A stretch of 64,000 nucleotides of DNA from Bacteroidales bacterium. GTDB taxonomy: Bacteria; Bacteroidota; Bacteroidia; Bacteroidales; VadinHA17. The stretch spans positions 656 through 64,655 of the forward strand of contig JARGFQ010000001.1 of NCBI GenBank assembly GCA_029210565.1, in the 5' to 3' direction. The notes beneath the pieces were generated by a model, which saw nothing but the letters and a program-made list of their open reading frames with translations, did no database searches and was not told where the DNA came from. Made by a program: the position numbers and the translations under genes. Numbering within the stretch: position 1 is the stretch's first letter; every line of letters begins with the position of its first letter. Shown one piece after another: positions 28,118-38,776 of the stretch.

Positions 28118-29695
28118 TTATTTACCTCCGGAAATTGCCTGTTTGCTCCACCAAACCGGTGTCTTCATGTCATTCGGGCCTCCCATCTCTTCGATGGCGG
28201 CGGTAGCATTGGCATTGTTGGTTGATACGGTCACGTTGGGATAGCCGAACCTCGTGGGGAAGATGTTATCATTGTATACCGTCCCTTCGCCGATGGTGAG
28301 TACCGGGTAACCTGTACGGCGGTATTCATGATAAGCCTCCATGCCTACCCAGAAGAGCGCCAGCCATTTCTGATTACCGAGGAACTCCTCCTTGTTGGTT
28401 GCCAGATCCCATGAACCGAGGGGTGAGGCAAGATATGTATCAACATCATCCGCGGTTATTGTCACTGCCGGGTCTGAGTAGGCGCCCTGCTCTGACCATT
28501 TTGCCATTGAGGCTCTTACACCTGCCTCATAATAGCTTTTGGCTGCTGCCTCACCGCCCGTGATATGGTTCTTGAGAGCAGCCTCGGCCAGGATGAACTG
28601 CACCTCGGCATAATCCATATAGATTGAGGGAGCATCCCTCCTGCAGAAGACCTTGTAGTTGAGCCACGAGGTTCCCCTGTCGACTTCGCTTCTCTCCATC
28701 TCGGTGCAACCTGACACAGTACCTTTCCAGATGTTGTCGGGATTGACCTCAATGACGGGATTCTTCTTACCGATGACCGGCAGGCGGGGGTCAATATAGA
28801 CCTGGTTGTCGTTGATGTCTGTCTGAACTGTGAGGCCTATAAGCTGCCGGGTAAGCTTCCTGCCGCTGGAGGTGAAATCGCTCTCGGTGGTGGTGCCAAA
28901 GTTGCTTATGTACGGGTCATTGCCCGCAAACTTCACCATGGCATTGTCTGCGTTGTCAGTGAATACCGGGTATTTGGCCGGGTTGTTAATAATCTCGGTC
29001 ATTTTGGCGCCGACATTCATCTCACTACGGCCGCTGACCCTGCAGAGAAGCCTCAGATAGAGCGAATTATTGAACTTTCTCCAGGCTTCCATATCGCCTC
29101 TGTACATGCCGTCCATCGCCGGGTTAAGGAAGATGGGGCTGGTGGCATATATGTCATTGGCCTTTTCCAGCTCTTCAAACAGGAACTGGTAAACTTCCTT
29201 CTGTGTGTTGAATTTCGGTGTCAGTGTTCCTCCGAGCTTGCGGCCGGTAAAGGCCTCCTCATAAGGAACACTGCCAAACATGTCAGCCATGTTCGAGAAG
29301 AAGAGCACCTTGAATGTCAGGGCAATGGCCTCGAGTGAAGGATCTCCCTTTTCCTGTGCCAGCTCATACATGTGGTCAATATTCTTGCCGTATGTCGAAT
29401 AGTGATTCCAGAAACCGTACCAGTCTCTTGAGTCCTCGAGAAAGTAGAGATGTTCCCTGCGGGTCACACCTCCGGTATGGGCGGTGAACTGCATCAGCTC
29501 GTTGTTGTAATACCATGTACGGTACAACCACTGTTTTGCAGAGTTGAAGAGGATGGGTTCAAACATGCCCGAAGGTTGTATCATACCCACCAGCGTGGTG
29601 TTCGGGTTCGTGTTGGTCTCCTCAAAGTTTTTTGTGCAGGAGTAAAGAGATCCGAGCACAAACAGACAGATTGCTAATATTTTAAGTTTTTTCAT
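28118..29695 (-). CDS. SusD/RagB-family nutrient-binding outer-membrane lipoprotein
   Basis: Lipobox LGSLYSC, 525 aa, helical TPR-like SusD character. It lies immediately downstream of the SusC-type gene. Confidence 0.85.
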   Translation of the reverse strand: MKKLKILAICLFVLGSLYSCTKNFEETNTNPNTTLVGMIQPSGMFEPILFNSAKQWLYRTWYYNNELMQFTAHTGGVTRREHLYFLEDSRDWYGFWNHYSTYGKNIDHMYELAQEKGDPSLEAIALTFKVLFFSNMADMFGSVPYEEAFTGRKLGGTLTPKFNTQKEVYQFLFEELEKANDIYATSPIFLNPAMDGMYRGDMEAWRKFNNSLYLRLLCRVSGRSEMNVGAKMTEIINNPAKYPVFTDNADNAMVKFAGNDPYISNFGTTTESDFTSSGRKLTRQLIGLTVQTDINDNQVYIDPRLPVIGKKNPVIEVNPDNIWKGTVSGCTEMERSEVDRGTSWLNYKVFCRRDAPSIYMDYAEVQFILAEAALKNHITGGEAAAKSYYEAGVRASMAKWSEQGAYSDPAVTITADDVDTYLASPLGSWDLATNKEEFLGNQKWLALFWVGMEAYHEYRRTGYPVLTIGEGTVYNDNIFPTRFGYPNVTVSTNNANATAAIEEMGGPNDMKTPVWWSKQAISGGK

Positions 29696-29713
29696 CTCGT
29701 TTCGCTTTAAGGA

Positions 29714-31913
29714 TTAGAATGAGAGTCTCAGGTTCATGCCCAGGGTGCGGGTCATCGGGAAAGCCCCGGCTTCAACGCCGCCGTACACATTGGTGCCGGT
29801 CATGATACCACCCTCAGGATCATACTGCGGCCACTTGTCCCAGCTGAAGATGTTCGTTGCAAAAAGTGCAATGCTGGCACCCTGAAGAACTTTTGTCTTC
29901 TGGATAAGTGCTGTGGGAAGTGCATACTCAAGCCTTACCTCCTTGAACTTAAGGAAGGAGGTCTCGAAGGTGTGGCTCTCACCGTTGTAGCGGTCGAGCA
30001 CCCTGGCCTGGTAATAGGTGTAGATGCTGCTCGTGACGGTGTTGTTCACCTGGCAGACAGCTGAGCCGTCCTCATTGGTGGAGACAATGTTAACCCCCTC
30101 GGCAACTATCCCGTCGTAGCGCCCCTCCAGCGAGTTGGTGAGCTTGCCCTGGTAGGAGAGGATGCCGTCAGTTACCGAGTACCTTTGGCCACCCCACTGG
30201 TATGAGAAGACACCGCTTAGTGTCAGGCTCTTGTACCTCAGTGAGGTGCTGAAACCGCCCCTCCAGTCGGGGTTGACTTTACCGAGGAAATGGTCTGCAG
30301 TTTTCTCTACCGATGGCAGACCGGTGGTGGCATCGAGGACAACCTCTCCGGAGCAGTCAACCTGTTTGCCGGTGTCGTCTATGTAGTAGGAGCCCTCCGG
30401 TGCCCTCTGCAGTGCAAAACCGTATATCTGGTGCATCTCCTCTCCGATATAGGAGTAGACGTGCAGCCTTCCGCCGATGGTTGTTCCCATGTCTGTTTCG
30501 TATGGCTGTTCAGGATCCCATCCCTCCTGCAGGCTGACAAGAGTATTCTTGTTCTTTGCCCAGTTGAGGTTGACATCCCATGTGAAGTCGCGGCTCCTGA
30601 CAGGTGTGGCATACAGTGCCACCTCGATACCCTTGTTGGTGATCTCCCCGGCATTGATCTTCATGCCTGAGGCTCCCACTATCGGATCTATATCCACGGG
30701 GACGATCTGGTTGGTTGTAGATGAGCTGTACAGTGCCAGGTCAAGACCGAGACGGTTTCTGAAGAATTTGGCATCCAGACCCAGCTCCCAGCTCTCAACG
30801 TTCTCAGGCTTGATCATCGGATCAGGAATGGTAGAAGGAAGTGCATAACCTCCGCTTATCGACGATGCCGAGTAGTACTGGTCAAGAGAGTACGGACTGG
30901 TGTCGTTACCCACGTTTGCCCATGAGAGGCGCAGCTTTGCAAAAGAGACCACCGGCAGGTTTGTGCGGAAGTCAAAGGCCTGGTCAAGCAGCACGCTTGC
31001 GGCTACCGAGGGATAGAAGTATGACCAGTTGCCTCTCGACAGGGTGCTCGACCAGTCGTTGCGGCCCGTAATGTCAAGATAATAAGTGTCGTCAAAGCCG
31101 AGTGAGACAAACCCGTAGAGGCTGTTGATTGTCTTGTAGCTTCTGTAGTTCGAAGGATCGGGAATTATTCCGAACGGGACATTGTTGATATGATATACGC
31201 CGTCGATGTCGAGCTCGTCAAGCTGGACGGTATTTCTCCTGTAGTGGTAAACCATGTTGTTGCCACCGAGTTGTTGAGGGTGATTCCGTCCTGGAAGATG
31301 CCGGTGAACCAGTCATCCTGGTAAACGAACGGGGTAGGCGAGATAAGCCCTGTCTCCCAGTCCTTACCCTCATACTGGTAGCGCAGCTTGTCTTCGCTGA
31401 ACTCTTCTCCCCAGGCATAGCGTGAGAGGTTTCTTGAGGGATAGTCAGTGGTGCCTGTCAGGCTGGGATTGAGGGTCCAAAAGCAGAACTCATTAAGTCC
31501 CTGGTCAGATCCTCGTTGTCTACCTTTGTCACTGCATATCCGAGCGACTTCTCCTCGCGTGTCAGACCGAGAGCGGTGACAACAACAGCCGATACTTCGA
31601 TTGCCTCCTCCTGCAGGGTAACGTTGATGACGCTCCTGTCACCCACAGCTATTTCCTGCTTCTCATAACCGAGAAACTGTATCTACAGCACAGGGTTATC
31701 ACCTGTAACCCTTATGGAATAGGCTCCCCTGGCATCAGTGCTGGTACCCGTTGCAGTACCCTTGATGACCACTGTGGCCCCGAATACGGGAGTGACACCG
31801 TCAGGCTCATACACAGTGCCTGTCACCTGCCTCTCCTGCGCCATCACCGGAAAGATTACCAGTGCCAGCAACAGAATGGCAAGAACGATCTTAAGATCTG
31901 GTTTGATTTTCAT
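29714..31913 (-). pseudogene. SusC-type TonB-dependent transporter, disrupted (nonsense mutation, frameshifts, plug domain missing)
   Basis: Four pieces are present. (1) 31913-31686 holds the signal plus a carboxypeptidase-regulatory-like domain and ends at an in-frame TAG (31683-31685). (2) The same frame resumes as IQFLGYEKQEIAVGDRSVINVTLQ...GYAVTKVDNEDLTRD. (3) Near 31480-31500 the homology jumps frame to ...LNPSLTGTTDYPSRNLSRYAWGEEF...DDWFTGIFQDGITLNNSV. (4) The frame changes again near 31255-31275 into the 513-aa C-terminal barrel, which ends ...LRLSF. The total is about 2.2 kb against about 3 kb or more expected. Confidence 0.8.
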
Positions 31914-31945
31914 AGATTGGTGGTTTTAAGTTATAGGTATATAGA

Positions 31946-33259
31946 TTAGTGCATTGACCATGTAAATTCTTTTGGGCGTGTCATCGTCTCGGTATATGCA
32001 TTGCCGAAACGGTCAGTGACTGTTATTTCCAGTGTTGAGGTGGGTGAGGAGGCCCTGACCAGGAACATGTGTGAGGTGTTGCCCGTCACAAACGAGCTTG
32101 TGGGGACAGCCCCCACATTTAGCCGCTTTGCTTCATATGAGATGATATGCAGCGGGTCCTTTGCCGTTATCCTCTCAACCGCAAGCGGTGTACCCTCCTC
32201 TGTCACTTCGACGGTCCACTGCGGGTCATACCCCCAGATGTTTATCATAACGTCATTTACCTGGTTGGGACTGGCATAGACCCCGGCATATTCCGCAAGG
32301 GCCTCATCGGTGGAGTTGGGTGCAAAGGCAGCCGCTGTTATGTAGACAGTGTTGAGGTCGTAGCTCCGGAACTGGTAGTCCTGCGGGTAACCGATACTCT
32401 TGTAAGACCATCTGATGTCACTGCTGTCGACCTCCCAGGTCATGTCTCCCAGCGGCATCCCGTACACTTAGGTGCCAGAAGAGGTGTAGCCGGCGATGGT
32501 GGCATTAACGTCAGGAAGAAACCCCGTGCTGAACTGTGTCAGGTCATCATTGCGGTTTGCCAGATGCCAGTCGGCCATGGGGATGACGACATGCTTGCTG
32601 TTGTCGGATTGTACCAGGGAGAAATCATGCTGTTCCACGGTGGTGCCTCCGGCCAGCCTTCTGAAAAACTGAGGTATGTTGTCACTGGTGGCGACCTCAT
32701 AGTTGCCAGGTATGGATATGAAGACGAATTTGTTCTGCTTGGCCGAGGGGAGGTAGTAGATCCCGTCGCCGTCAGTGACGGTGACCTCGTAGCCGTCTGA
32801 TACCACCACACCCGGAACACCCTCGCCGTCACAGAAGACGATACCCTTTACCGTCATCCCGGGCTTATCCGGTATAGTTGCCCCGGCAATGACATTTATC
32901 GTCAGGGTGCCGATGACCATACTCTCCGTTCCTCGTTTAACCGTCAGCCTGTAGGAGCCGGAGGAGATGCCTGCCGGAAGGCTGAAGGTGGCCGTCTGAG
33001 CGGTGACGGAAGAAACGGTGGCCGTCCAGCTGCTGCCCGCGTTTGAGAGGAGCACAAACTCTATAATGTCATTAACTTCAAAACCCTGTCCGGTAATGGT
33101 GATCTCACCTCCCGGAGCCACATCGATAGATGACGGGATGGATATGCCGGTGATCTTAAGTCCCTCTTCCTCTTCAGGCGGGGGATCTTTCGTGCATGAA
33201 GTGCAGGCAGCTATCAGCGTCGCCAGAAGAAAAAAAAATATTTTCCCGTGGTATGTCAT
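31946..33259 (-). pseudogene. Ig-like/MetallophosN - calcineurin-like phosphoesterase - MetallophosC lipoprotein, with an in-frame TAA and the catalytic domain largely missing
   Basis: ORFs 32468-33259 and 31946-32467 share one frame, separated only by TAA (32468-32470). The upstream part ends just after the first phosphoesterase motif (VVIPMADWHLANRNDD...). The downstream part begins in the C-terminal domain (...IRWSYKSIGYPQDYQFRSYD...NIWGYDPQWTVEV...). I did not see the GD/GNH(D/E)/GH metal-ligand blocks. Confidence 0.7.
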
Positions 33260-33272
33260 TCAGTTTTACCGT

Positions 33273-34451
33273 TTACTTGTTATATCCAAGATCGGTGAGT
33301 ATCTCCTGCGGTGTGGCTTCTGTTCCGTAGTCGCGTACTTTACGCTCATGGTAGAAATCGACCGTGAGATCTGTCCTGTTGGTGATCATGCCGTCAGCCA
33401 GGGGAGAGGCTTTCCTGCCCTGACCCGGGCCGAAGTATTTCTCCATTTGCTCAACAGTATTGATGGAATAGATGTTAGCCTTCAGTCCTGCTTCATGTAT
33501 CTTCCCGGCAAAAGCAGGGGAAAGGCCGTCGTTCACCTCACCTAGGTTGGTGCCGATAAACTGTGCACCGCACTCCTTCGCGAAAGCTATTATTTCATCG
33601 GTGACCTCCTCCTTTGCAAATTCATTGCTCTTCGGGTTTCCGGTGAGGAAGCTGGCAAGCACCCTTTCGCCAAAGACTCTCTTTAAGTTCATCATCCCCT
33701 CACGCGAGAAGGTCTGAAGGAGGATTTTACCCCGCGTGTTGCCCACGTTTACCCTGTCGTCTGACCAGAAGGGGGCATCGATGCTGATCTCGTCGCCTTC
33801 GAGCGGGTTCCATCCCATGCGAGTCAGCTCGTCATATATCTGTTCCTCGATTCCGGGATACTGCTCGGAGATCTTCACCTCTATATAGATACCGGGCCTG
33901 TGGCCGTCGTCTGCCGGATCAGGTTCATATTCAAAATGATATATACCTGCCTCGTCTCTGCTGACGATACGGGCTCCCTCTTCGTTACGCTTTATCTTCT
34001 TCCCTTCGGCTATGCGGAAGACATCTTCAAAGACCAGCACATCGAGGCCTCTGAAGCTCTCGCGTGCCCGGTCTGGATTTTTCGTGTTGAAGGCGCTGCC
34101 GGCATCGAGTTGCATTATCTCTTCCAAGGTGAAGCTGCTGACGGGATCACCCTCCCTGCCGGGAAACTTCTCAGCAACGTCAGTGGTGCGTTTGAAACTC
34201 TTGTCATGCATGATCACCAGGACACTGTCTTTCGTCCTGTGTACGTCCAGTTCAATGTAGTCGGCACCGGTGTTGCGCGCCCATCGAAAGGCGGCCTCGG
34301 TAAGCTCAGGGGCCCAGTAGATTGTTCCACGGTGCGCAATGACAGCATTGTCAGGCATATAGCTCTGTACCGTCATCTCACCCGTCACTTTTTTTTGTCC
34401 GCATCCGGCCATAAGTACCGTGATAAGCATCAGTAAAAAAAACTTCTTCAT
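33273..34451 (-). CDS. Glycerophosphodiester phosphodiesterase (GDPD) family lipoprotein
   Basis: Lipobox LMAGC. The GDPD motifs are ...VIAHRGTIYWAPELTEAAF... and ...YIELDVHRTKDSVLVIMHD.... Confidence 0.85.
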   Translation of the reverse strand: MKKFFLLMLITVLMAGCGQKKVTGEMTVQSYMPDNAVIAHRGTIYWAPELTEAAFRWARNTGADYIELDVHRTKDSVLVIMHDKSFKRTTDVAEKFPGREGDPVSSFTLEEIMQLDAGSAFNTKNPDRARESFRGLDVLVFEDVFRIAEGKKIKRNEEGARIVSRDEAGIYHFEYEPDPADDGHRPGIYIEVKISEQYPGIEEQIYDELTRMGWNPLEGDEISIDAPFWSDDRVNVGNTRGKILLQTFSREGMMNLKRVFGERVLASFLTGNPKSNEFAKEEVTDEIIAFAKECGAQFIGTNLGEVNDGLSPAFAGKIHEAGLKANIYSINTVEQMEKYFGPGQGRKASPLADGMITNRTDLTVDFYHERKVRDYGTEATPQEILTDLGYNK

Positions 34452-34463
34452 AATATTCGCGCA

Positions 34464-35393
34464 TTATTTGGGGTTTGCTTTGTTCTCTCTTATCTTCCAC
34501 TCTCCGGTATGATATCTTACCTTCGGGTCACGTACATCGTTGCATCTGACTATGAGTGCGCCCTCCTTCTCCCAGTACGATTTGACCGTATGGCCGGCCA
34601 TGGGGCCGTCGTCGGGACCGCGGACGGTGACGTCATCAGGATTGACAACTATCTTCAGTCCTGCCGACTCGTTCAGCATGTCCATGTCGCCGCGGCTGTT
34701 GCCACCGACTATCAGGGGCCGTGCCTTGATGAAGGTCTCGATTGTGTGGGCCTTGCCGTCATCCTGGGGGATGGGAGGAATGATCTCACCGGTGGTGATA
34801 CCCTCCCTGACCACGCACTTGGCACCTACAACATTCGTGACCGGTATGCCGTACTCTTCCGAGACGAACTTCTGATAAAGAAACTCCGGCGAGGCCGTCA
34901 GTATGTAAACCTCGAAGCCGTACTCCTTCAGGTTGGCCACCAGCTGTTTCATCTCGGGATAGGTCTTGTTCTGGTACGACTCCCGGTAGCATTCATAGCC
35001 TATGGTCTCTATCTCTTCCGGTGAGAGGCCGGCAAGGAAATGGACCCGGTCTTCGACATATGCCTTGCCGACATTATTGCCGTCTTTCACCATCCGATCA
35101 AGGATCTTCAGCTTCTCTTTAGCCTCCCTGTCTTTTCTCTCCTTAAGTACATTGTCGGCATAGCGGTAAAGCGCTTCATCAGCAAGGTAATGAGGCACCT
35201 GGCCGAAGGTGGTGCCGTCACTGTCAAAGACAGCCACCTTCCGGATGTTCATGGTGACCGTGGTATTGAGGAAATCCTCGATCTGATCGTTGATCTCCTG
35301 TGACCAGCCGGAGATATGCCTGTAGGTCTGCGCATTAAGTGCCGTGAGGAGGCCTATGGAGGTCAGTAGAAAGATTGATAACAGTCGCTTCAT
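34464..35393 (-). CDS. Exported HAD-superfamily phosphatase (HAD-IB-like)
   Basis: Signal peptide. HAD motif I is VAVFDSDGTT and motif IV-like is GGNSRGDMDM. Confidence 0.7.
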   Translation of the reverse strand: MKRLLSIFLLTSIGLLTALNAQTYRHISGWSQEINDQIEDFLNTTVTMNIRKVAVFDSDGTTFGQVPHYLADEALYRYADNVLKERKDREAKEKLKILDRMVKDGNNVGKAYVEDRVHFLAGLSPEEIETIGYECYRESYQNKTYPEMKQLVANLKEYGFEVYILTASPEFLYQKFVSEEYGIPVTNVVGAKCVVREGITTGEIIPPIPQDDGKAHTIETFIKARPLIVGGNSRGDMDMLNESAGLKIVVNPDDVTVRGPDDGPMAGHTVKSYWEKEGALIVRCNDVRDPKVRYHTGEWKIRENKANPK

Positions 35394-35405
35394 AACTCTG
35401 TTTAT

Positions 35406-36860
35406 TTAGTGTCCGTTATATGTTGCTCTCTCCTTCTTCCAGGTTGTGGCAGAGAAGAGTGCCGCCAGTATGCTGGCAACAATGAATATCGTGAAGGTAG
35501 CTTCCCACCCCAGGTTGACGTTGTCAGCGACAGCACCGATCATGACCTTTGAGAGGAGGGCATCCCCCAGCAGGTAACCGAAGAGGCCTACGAAGCCTGC
35601 AGCTGTTCCAGCGGCGTTCTTGGGTACCAGGTTGATGGCCTGTACTCCGATAAGCGCTACCGGTCCGTAGATAAAGAAGCCGATTGCTATCAAGGCCGAG
35701 TAGACCACGGCGACCCTCGTGGTGTCAGGGTCTGATGAGAATGCCCCGGAGAGAAATGTGGCAACCGGAACTGCCTTCCAGTAGAGGATGATGCTGAGCA
35801 GTACCAGCACCATGAAGATCACGTTTGCGGGTGCACATCTGCCCTTGAAAACTTTGGAGGAGATCCATCCGATGAGTATCATTCCCGGGACGCCCGCGTA
35901 GTTATGCAGCGAGAATGCCATCTTGCTCTGTTCACTGGTGAGCAGTCCTGCCTCCTCGCAGTATGTCGGTGCCCAGTCGCCGATGCCGTACCTTATAAGA
36001 TACACGAACACATTGGCCAGGGCTATCAGCCATAGGATCCTGTTCCTGAAGATGTACTTGATAAAAAGTTCCTTTACCGGTATCTTTTTATCTGAACTCA
36101 TCTCCTTCTTTGCCGGAGTGTCATTCCTGTATTTGTCGATGGCCGGCAGTCCGCACGACTGGGGAGTATCTCTCAGGGCCCACCAGCAGAAGATCGCAAT
36201 GATGATGGCTACTGCGCTGGGCAGGACAAAGACAGCTCTCCAGCTCTGTTCAACCATAATGCCGCCGCCGATGTCGGCAATAAAGAATCCGCCGAGGAGC
36301 ACGGTTCCCCAGGCGGCCAGGTTACCCATCAGTCCGCTGCCCACAGTGTGCGAGGTGTTCCAGATGCCCATCTTGAAGCTGCGCTCATTGTGCGAGAACC
36401 AGTGCACCATTATCCTTCCGCAGGGAGGCCATCCCATGCCTGCCAGCCATCCTATGACCAGCATGAAGACAAATATTATGGCTACAGAGCTGGTGGCAAA
36501 CGGAAAGAGTCCTACCGACATCATCAGCAGCGACGAGAGTACCAGTCCTATCACCAGGAACTTACGTGCGTCCGACCTGTCAGAGAGGGCTCCCATCAGG
36601 AACTTGCTGAAGGCGTAGGCTATGGATATGGCTGAGAGTGCTATGCCCAGCTGCAGCTTGGTGTATCCAAGGCCGCCGTTCTCCAGGGGCTGTATCATCC
36701 CCGGGATGGCGAGGGCGAGGTTCTTCCTGACAAGATAATAGGCTGCATATCCCAAAAATGCGCCGAGGAAGACCTGCATACGCAGTCGCTTGTATGTCGG
36801 ATCAATCTTGTCAGCCGGCAGCGAATCCTTGTATGGCGGTGGTTTCAGAAAGTTGATCAT
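35406..36860 (-). CDS. glpT: MFS organophosphate:Pi antiporter (glycerol-3-phosphate transporter GlpT-like)
   Basis: 484 aa, 12 TM helices. The N-terminus ...YKRLRMQVFLGAFLGYAAYYLVRKNLALA... is characteristic of GlpT/UhpT. It lies next to glpD. Confidence 0.8.
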   Translation of the reverse strand: MINFLKPPPYKDSLPADKIDPTYKRLRMQVFLGAFLGYAAYYLVRKNLALAIPGMIQPLENGGLGYTKLQLGIALSAISIAYAFSKFLMGALSDRSDARKFLVIGLVLSSLLMMSVGLFPFATSSVAIIFVFMLVIGWLAGMGWPPCGRIMVHWFSHNERSFKMGIWNTSHTVGSGLMGNLAAWGTVLLGGFFIADIGGGIMVEQSWRAVFVLPSAVAIIIAIFCWWALRDTPQSCGLPAIDKYRNDTPAKKEMSSDKKIPVKELFIKYIFRNRILWLIALANVFVYLIRYGIGDWAPTYCEEAGLLTSEQSKMAFSLHNYAGVPGMILIGWISSKVFKGRCAPANVIFMVLVLLSIILYWKAVPVATFLSGAFSSDPDTTRVAVVYSALIAIGFFIYGPVALIGVQAINLVPKNAAGTAAGFVGLFGYLLGDALLSKVMIGAVADNVNLGWEATFTIFIVASILAALFSATTWKKERATYNGH

Positions 36861-36981
36861 AGGCGTTTCAGTTTGAGTTTCTCCCTCTGTTTGTGGCGTG
36901 GTCCCATTATTGTCAATCTTTCGTTTCTTTCAGTCAGTTTATGATTAAGATAATGTTAAATAGCCCTCTTACCTGTAGGCG

Positions 36982-38571
36982 TTAACCACGCTTCACCTTG
37001 CTTTGCATCACATAACCGAGGGCCAGTTCTGTGAATTCCTTCACCTGCTGCTCTTCCCATGCCCTGTCCCTGCCCAGCTCTGCTGCCATCAGGGAGGCTA
37101 CTCTGGGTGCCAGTTCTATCGCTGCCCTGGCATCGAGATAGAGGACACGCACCCGGCGTGCCAGCACATCATCGACGGTGCGGGCCATCTCCTTCCTCAC
37201 TGCCCATACCACTTCGGCAACGGTGAAGTCAGCACAGCCTTCGAGCTTCTCCGCAAAGGCGGGGTTCTCCTGCTGCATCTTCCGTATCTCCTCTAGGTCG
37301 CTGCCGTATATGTATCTTATATCACTCCTGTCGGGATTCTCAAGGTACCCGTGTATCTTCAGCGTCTTTGTGGTGCACTTTCTGAAGCCAAGCTTCCCGG
37401 TCTTCAACGCCAGGTTGACGGTATCCTCCGCCATCTTCCTGTATGTGGTCCACTTGCCTCCGGTGATGGTCACCAGTCCTGACGGCGACACCAGCATCTT
37501 GTGGCTGCGGGATATTTCTTTCGTTTTAGCCCCGTCGGCTCCGTGTTTGGGCGCTGCCAGCGGCCTCAGCCCGGCGAAGACGCAGAGCACGTCGCTGCGC
37601 TGCGGTTTCTTTGCAAGGTACCTGCCGGCAGTCTCAAGGATGAAGTCGACCTCCTCGTTGAGAGCCCTGGGCTCAAGCACAAACTCCTTCACTGGTACGT
37701 CAGTGGTGCCGAGGATGACCCGGTCATGCCATGGCACCCCGAACATTACCCTGCCGTCGCTGGTCTTGGGTATCATGATGGCATCGTCGCCTCCCAGGAA
37801 ACTCTTGTCGACCACCAGGTGCACACCCTGGCTGGGCCTGACGAGGGGCTGCTGCTCGGGGTTGTCCATCCTTATTATATCGTCAACGAAGATGCCGGTG
37901 GCATTGATGATGCATCTTCCCTCAGCCGTGAAACCGGATCCGTCAAGCTCATCAACGGCCACCACGCCGCTGACCCTGCCTTCGGGACTCTTGAGCAGCT
38001 CCGTTACCCTGACATAGTTGACCACCGTGGCTCCCTGCTCTATGGCCGTCTGCATCATGTTCACCGCCAGACGCGAGTCGTCAAATTGGCCGTCATGGTA
38101 TATCACTCCTCCTTTCAGCTTCTCACGGACGATCTGAGGTATAGCCTTTATCACATCTCTCTTTTTCATCGGAAGCGAACGTCCGAGGCTCATGCCTCCC
38201 GACAGGAGATCATAGAAGGTGAGCCCCAGTGTGTAGAAGGGCTTCTCCCACCACCGGTAGTTGGCTATGATGAAACGCTGGTTCTTCACCAGGTGAGGCG
38301 CATTCTTTCTCAGATAACCTCTCTCGTGCAACGCCTCACGCACCAGGGCCACATCACCCTTCTGCAGGTACCTCACCCCGCCATGCACCAGCTTCGTGCT
38401 GCGCGCCGAGGTGGCCTTGGCAATATCTGACTGTTCAAGCAAAAGGGTACTGTAGCCCCTTGCCGCTGCATCAATGGCAACACCAAGTCCTGTTGCCCCT
38501 CCGCCGATAACGATGAAGTCCCACGGCTTGCCCTGGCGCTTCAGCTGGCTTATGAATTCCTCTCTTTCCAA
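36982..38571 (-). CDS. glpD: FAD-dependent glycerol-3-phosphate dehydrogenase
   Basis: The N-terminal dinucleotide fold is DFIVIGGGATGLGVAIDAAARGY. It is 529 aa with the GlpD C-terminal domain. The + strand ORFs inside it are shadows. Confidence 0.88.
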   Translation of the reverse strand: MEREEFISQLKRQGKPWDFIVIGGGATGLGVAIDAAARGYSTLLLEQSDIAKATSARSTKLVHGGVRYLQKGDVALVREALHERGYLRKNAPHLVKNQRFIIANYRWWEKPFYTLGLTFYDLLSGGMSLGRSLPMKKRDVIKAIPQIVREKLKGGVIYHDGQFDDSRLAVNMMQTAIEQGATVVNYVRVTELLKSPEGRVSGVVAVDELDGSGFTAEGRCIINATGIFVDDIIRMDNPEQQPLVRPSQGVHLVVDKSFLGGDDAIMIPKTSDGRVMFGVPWHDRVILGTTDVPVKEFVLEPRALNEEVDFILETAGRYLAKKPQRSDVLCVFAGLRPLAAPKHGADGAKTKEISRSHKMLVSPSGLVTITGGKWTTYRKMAEDTVNLALKTGKLGFRKCTTKTLKIHGYLENPDRSDIRYIYGSDLEEIRKMQQENPAFAEKLEGCADFTVAEVVWAVRKEMARTVDDVLARRVRVLYLDARAAIELAPRVASLMAAELGRDRAWEEQQVKEFTELALGYVMQSKVKRG

Positions 38572-38776
38572 TTTATAAGAAGCTTAATAATGATATATGT
38601 CAGAAAAACAGAGTAAAATTATTACAACATTTTTTCAAATCAAAACAAAAAGAAAGAAAAAATAATAATTCGTAATCTTTTTTGCTTTTTTAATATTTCG
38701 GGTTGCTTTGCAGTTATTGCTTTTAATCTTATCTTTGGGGTTATACCAAAAAAATCCGGCTGCCGGTCAGAGAATT

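Noticed and set aside
33225-34441. A8-A9/T8-T9 homopolymer runs near the 5' ends of the phosphoesterase and GDPD genes, considered as phase-variation switches
   Set aside because: They encode ordinary Lys/Phe runs of signal peptides (MKKFF..., GKIFFF...). There is no evidence of heterogeneity, and runs of this length are common in lipoprotein leaders.
37178-38430. 279-aa and 309-aa + strand ORFs
   Set aside because: Both lie antisense within glpD, which has an unambiguous FAD-binding motif and full length. They are shadow frames.
38682-38723. Three TTGCTTT copies in the glpD/glpR divergent region, as possible GlpR operators
   Set aside because: The spacing is irregular (21 and 14 nt) in a very AT-rich spacer where such heptamers are expected by chance. 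The evidence is too thin to call.
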